Shown here: one piece after another, positions 61,817 through 64,000 of the stretch
Position numbering within the stretch: the stretch's first letter is position 1
Layout: each line of letters opens with the position of its first letter
Assembly: GCA_001938485.1 (NCBI GenBank)
Contig: MQRK01244381.1
Coordinates: forward strand, 38,689-102,688
From: Girardia tigrina
Lineage: Eukaryota
Length of the DNA stretch: 64,000 bases
Direction of reading: 5' to 3'
Notes under the pieces: generated by a model
What the model saw: only the letters and a program-made list of their open reading frames with translations
Database searches by the model: none
What the model was told of the DNA's origin: nothing
Program-made: the position numbers and the translations under genes

Positions 61817-61897
61817 CACGTTGACGGACAGTTGCGTCTATAGCCGTCAATGTAATTTACATTTACAATTACAAAAATTCTACTGTCCGTCAACGTG
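61817..61897. mobile_element. 81-bp TTAA-flanked (piggyBac-type) MITE
   Basis: TTAA|CACGTTGACGGACAGT ... ACTGTCCGTCAACGTG|TTAA, perfect 16-bp TIR. Confidence 0.8.
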
Positions 61898-62374
61898 TTA
61901 ACAACAATTCTTCAAATCACTTTCACTATACGAATTAATATCGATTAAATTTTCGATTATTAATATTTCTCGATTATTATTTTTCTGTAAATCATTTTAG
62001 TTTGTGAAAACAAATGGAAAATATTTTTATATTATTTAATTATCAAAACTCTGATTCGTTAAAATCAAATTTAAACTGTTTTCAAAAAAGTACCAATTAA
62101 ATTAATAAATTATAATTTTTTGCATTACATTAAAAATTAAATATTACATTTTAAACTCATTTTAAATCTTTTTACTTTAAAATTAAATTAAATTATTTTC
62201 AAATAGTAGAAATAAAAGAAAATATCAATCAGCCATCTGGGTAGGAAAGACACAATCTGAATCAACATACAACATGCAAAATATAAAACAACAAACAATT
62301 CGAAACATTCCTGATAATGCGATTTAAGGAGCACCCTTTAAAACTTTGATTTTTCTAAACGGCAAGACAGCTGC

Positions 62375-62600
62375 ACCTTTATTTCTTTCCTTCTTCTGGA
62401 CCTTAGCCTTTTTCCGTCATTACACTAAGTCATACAGAAGCTTTTGTCAGTACTTTCTTTTTGCAGCCACTCATCTCAAACCTTCCAAGTTCTATCCACT
62501 CGATTCATTCAAGTCGTCTACTCATTGTCTCTTCGGTCTTCCTCTTCATTTTTACTTACATTGGTCCATCAATCTTGTTTTCTTAAGGAAAACGTATTTT
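62375..62600 (-). mobile_element. RTE-like LINE 3' fragment
   Basis: RGRPKRQ*VDDL...VAAKRKY* C-terminal motif followed by a purine-rich tail. Confidence 0.6.
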
Positions 62601-63764
62601 TAGGCAGATTAAATTCTATCTAAAAATGTGAACAAATGTGAAGAAAATATTAAATTTTCAAAATAATCAAATTAGTATTGAGCAATTTTTCTTCGGAAAA
62701 TGTATTTTTTGTGTAATAATTTTAATTTAATTTTAATTTATTTTTTTACGTTTCAGATAACAATTAAATATTTGTAATGTGGCGAAAAACTGAAAAGAAA
62801 GCATTAAACATATCCATTGAACATGTTTGGAACAATGAAATACATATTTTTACTTTTATTTTATTTAATTTTGTATATTTTGTGTGATGCACAATTTTCG
62901 AAAGATTCTCAAAATTAGAAAACATTTTATCGAATTTTAAATAATTTTTAAATTTATTAATAGTTATTTGTTACAGTAATTTTATTGTTTTTTTTCTAAG
63001 AAAATACTTTTGTATCAGAAATTAATAATGTTTTTTTTCTGTTGTTATGTGATCAAAAATCAAAGTTTTACTCTTTTTGAAATGCATTTTAATATTGAGA
63101 TTAAATAGAAATTTAACTTTTTTTATTGTTTAATAAAAAATAAAATTGTACAATTTAAATGATGTTATTTACATACATAATCAGATTACTATCTTTTTAT
63201 TTAAATTTTTGTTAATAATTTCGGGTTATTTTATTAATCATGAAGTCCCTATGTTTTGAGAATGTACTTAAAACAAGAATTCTTGTAGATAAAAGGTGAG
63301 CTTTAACATTTTTGTACATCATGTACTCTAAATATTTTTTTACACTTTTTATCCTTTTCAATTGATAAAAAACAAACAATCGTATGCAAAAGAATTTATC
63401 CATTTTATCGACTCAAATATTTTCAAAATCTTGTCAAACTGCCAGACTTACTGTGAAATCTGCCCCCATACTTGTACCAACGAATGAATTGCTAAACATC
63501 CTTTGACTGCATTGAGAAGTACGACATTAGTTCTTGTTTGTTCCATTTTCCATAAATAAATTTTCTATCATATTTTTGAGTATAAAAGAACATTTGTTTG
63601 GATTTGAAAATACTGATTGATAAAGAAACGCCTTAATAGTTGTTGCTTGTACAATTGGATAATTTCGCAAATTGTTCATTTTAAACCAACTATCTTCTGC
63701 TATAAATAAATATTTTCTTAATTTAATTATTTTAAATAGTTTCGAGTAAAAATTTCGAGTTGGT

Positions 63765-64000
63765 GGCCGTTATTGGCGTGGTGACGGGTCTTTCATGGAC
63801 AGTATATAAATTAAGGGTTTGTGTTCGGTTTTTATGAAGAAGCGGTGGCCAATTAAAAACGGTCTAAAATGTTTGATGGCGAAGAAGATCGCGAGCAGTT
63901 CTCGGTCAAACACGGAATAACTTTTCTCGGTGGGGTTGAATTTGCTTGAGAAGAATTCTATGGGGTTTGTGCCAGCTGCAACATTCGAAGAACCTGTAAT
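63765..64000 (-). mobile_element. Ty3/Gypsy RNase H fragment
   Basis: PIEFFSSKFNPTEKSYSVFDRELLAIFFAIKHFRPFLIG...IKTEHKPL. Confidence 0.85.

Overview
Very AT-rich eukaryotic (animal-type) genomic DNA with several N gaps. One host gene runs across the window on the + strand: the 3' portion of a LAR-family (type IIa, PTPRF/D/S-like) receptor protein tyrosine phosphatase. I can reconstruct 10 GT-AG exons (8251-58669) with consistent phases, 3000 nt in total: FN3-like repeats, transmembrane helix, an intact D1 phosphatase domain and a degenerate D2. The Ig domains and earlier FN3 exons are not recognisable in the window. The introns and flanks are packed with mostly decayed transposons: mariner (including two nested inside Tc1/IS630-like elements), piggyBac, hAT, Merlin/ISXO2, pogo-like MITEs, Helentron-like non-autonomous elements, Ty3/Gypsy pieces, an RTE-like LINE tail, and many Penelope-like (GIY-YIG) fragments that carry minimal hammerhead ribozyme motifs. 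The most unusual structure is at 5127-6040. Two different GC-richer units, one LINE-like with a C2H2 finger and one a structured, possibly tRNA-derived SINE-like RNA, share a 3' stem-loop module. They sit in tandem between three exact copies of a 12-bp sequence that encodes the YIGE(T) motif of a Penelope endonuclease, and an uninterrupted paralogous site exists at ~48800. The organism cannot be identified from the sequence alone.
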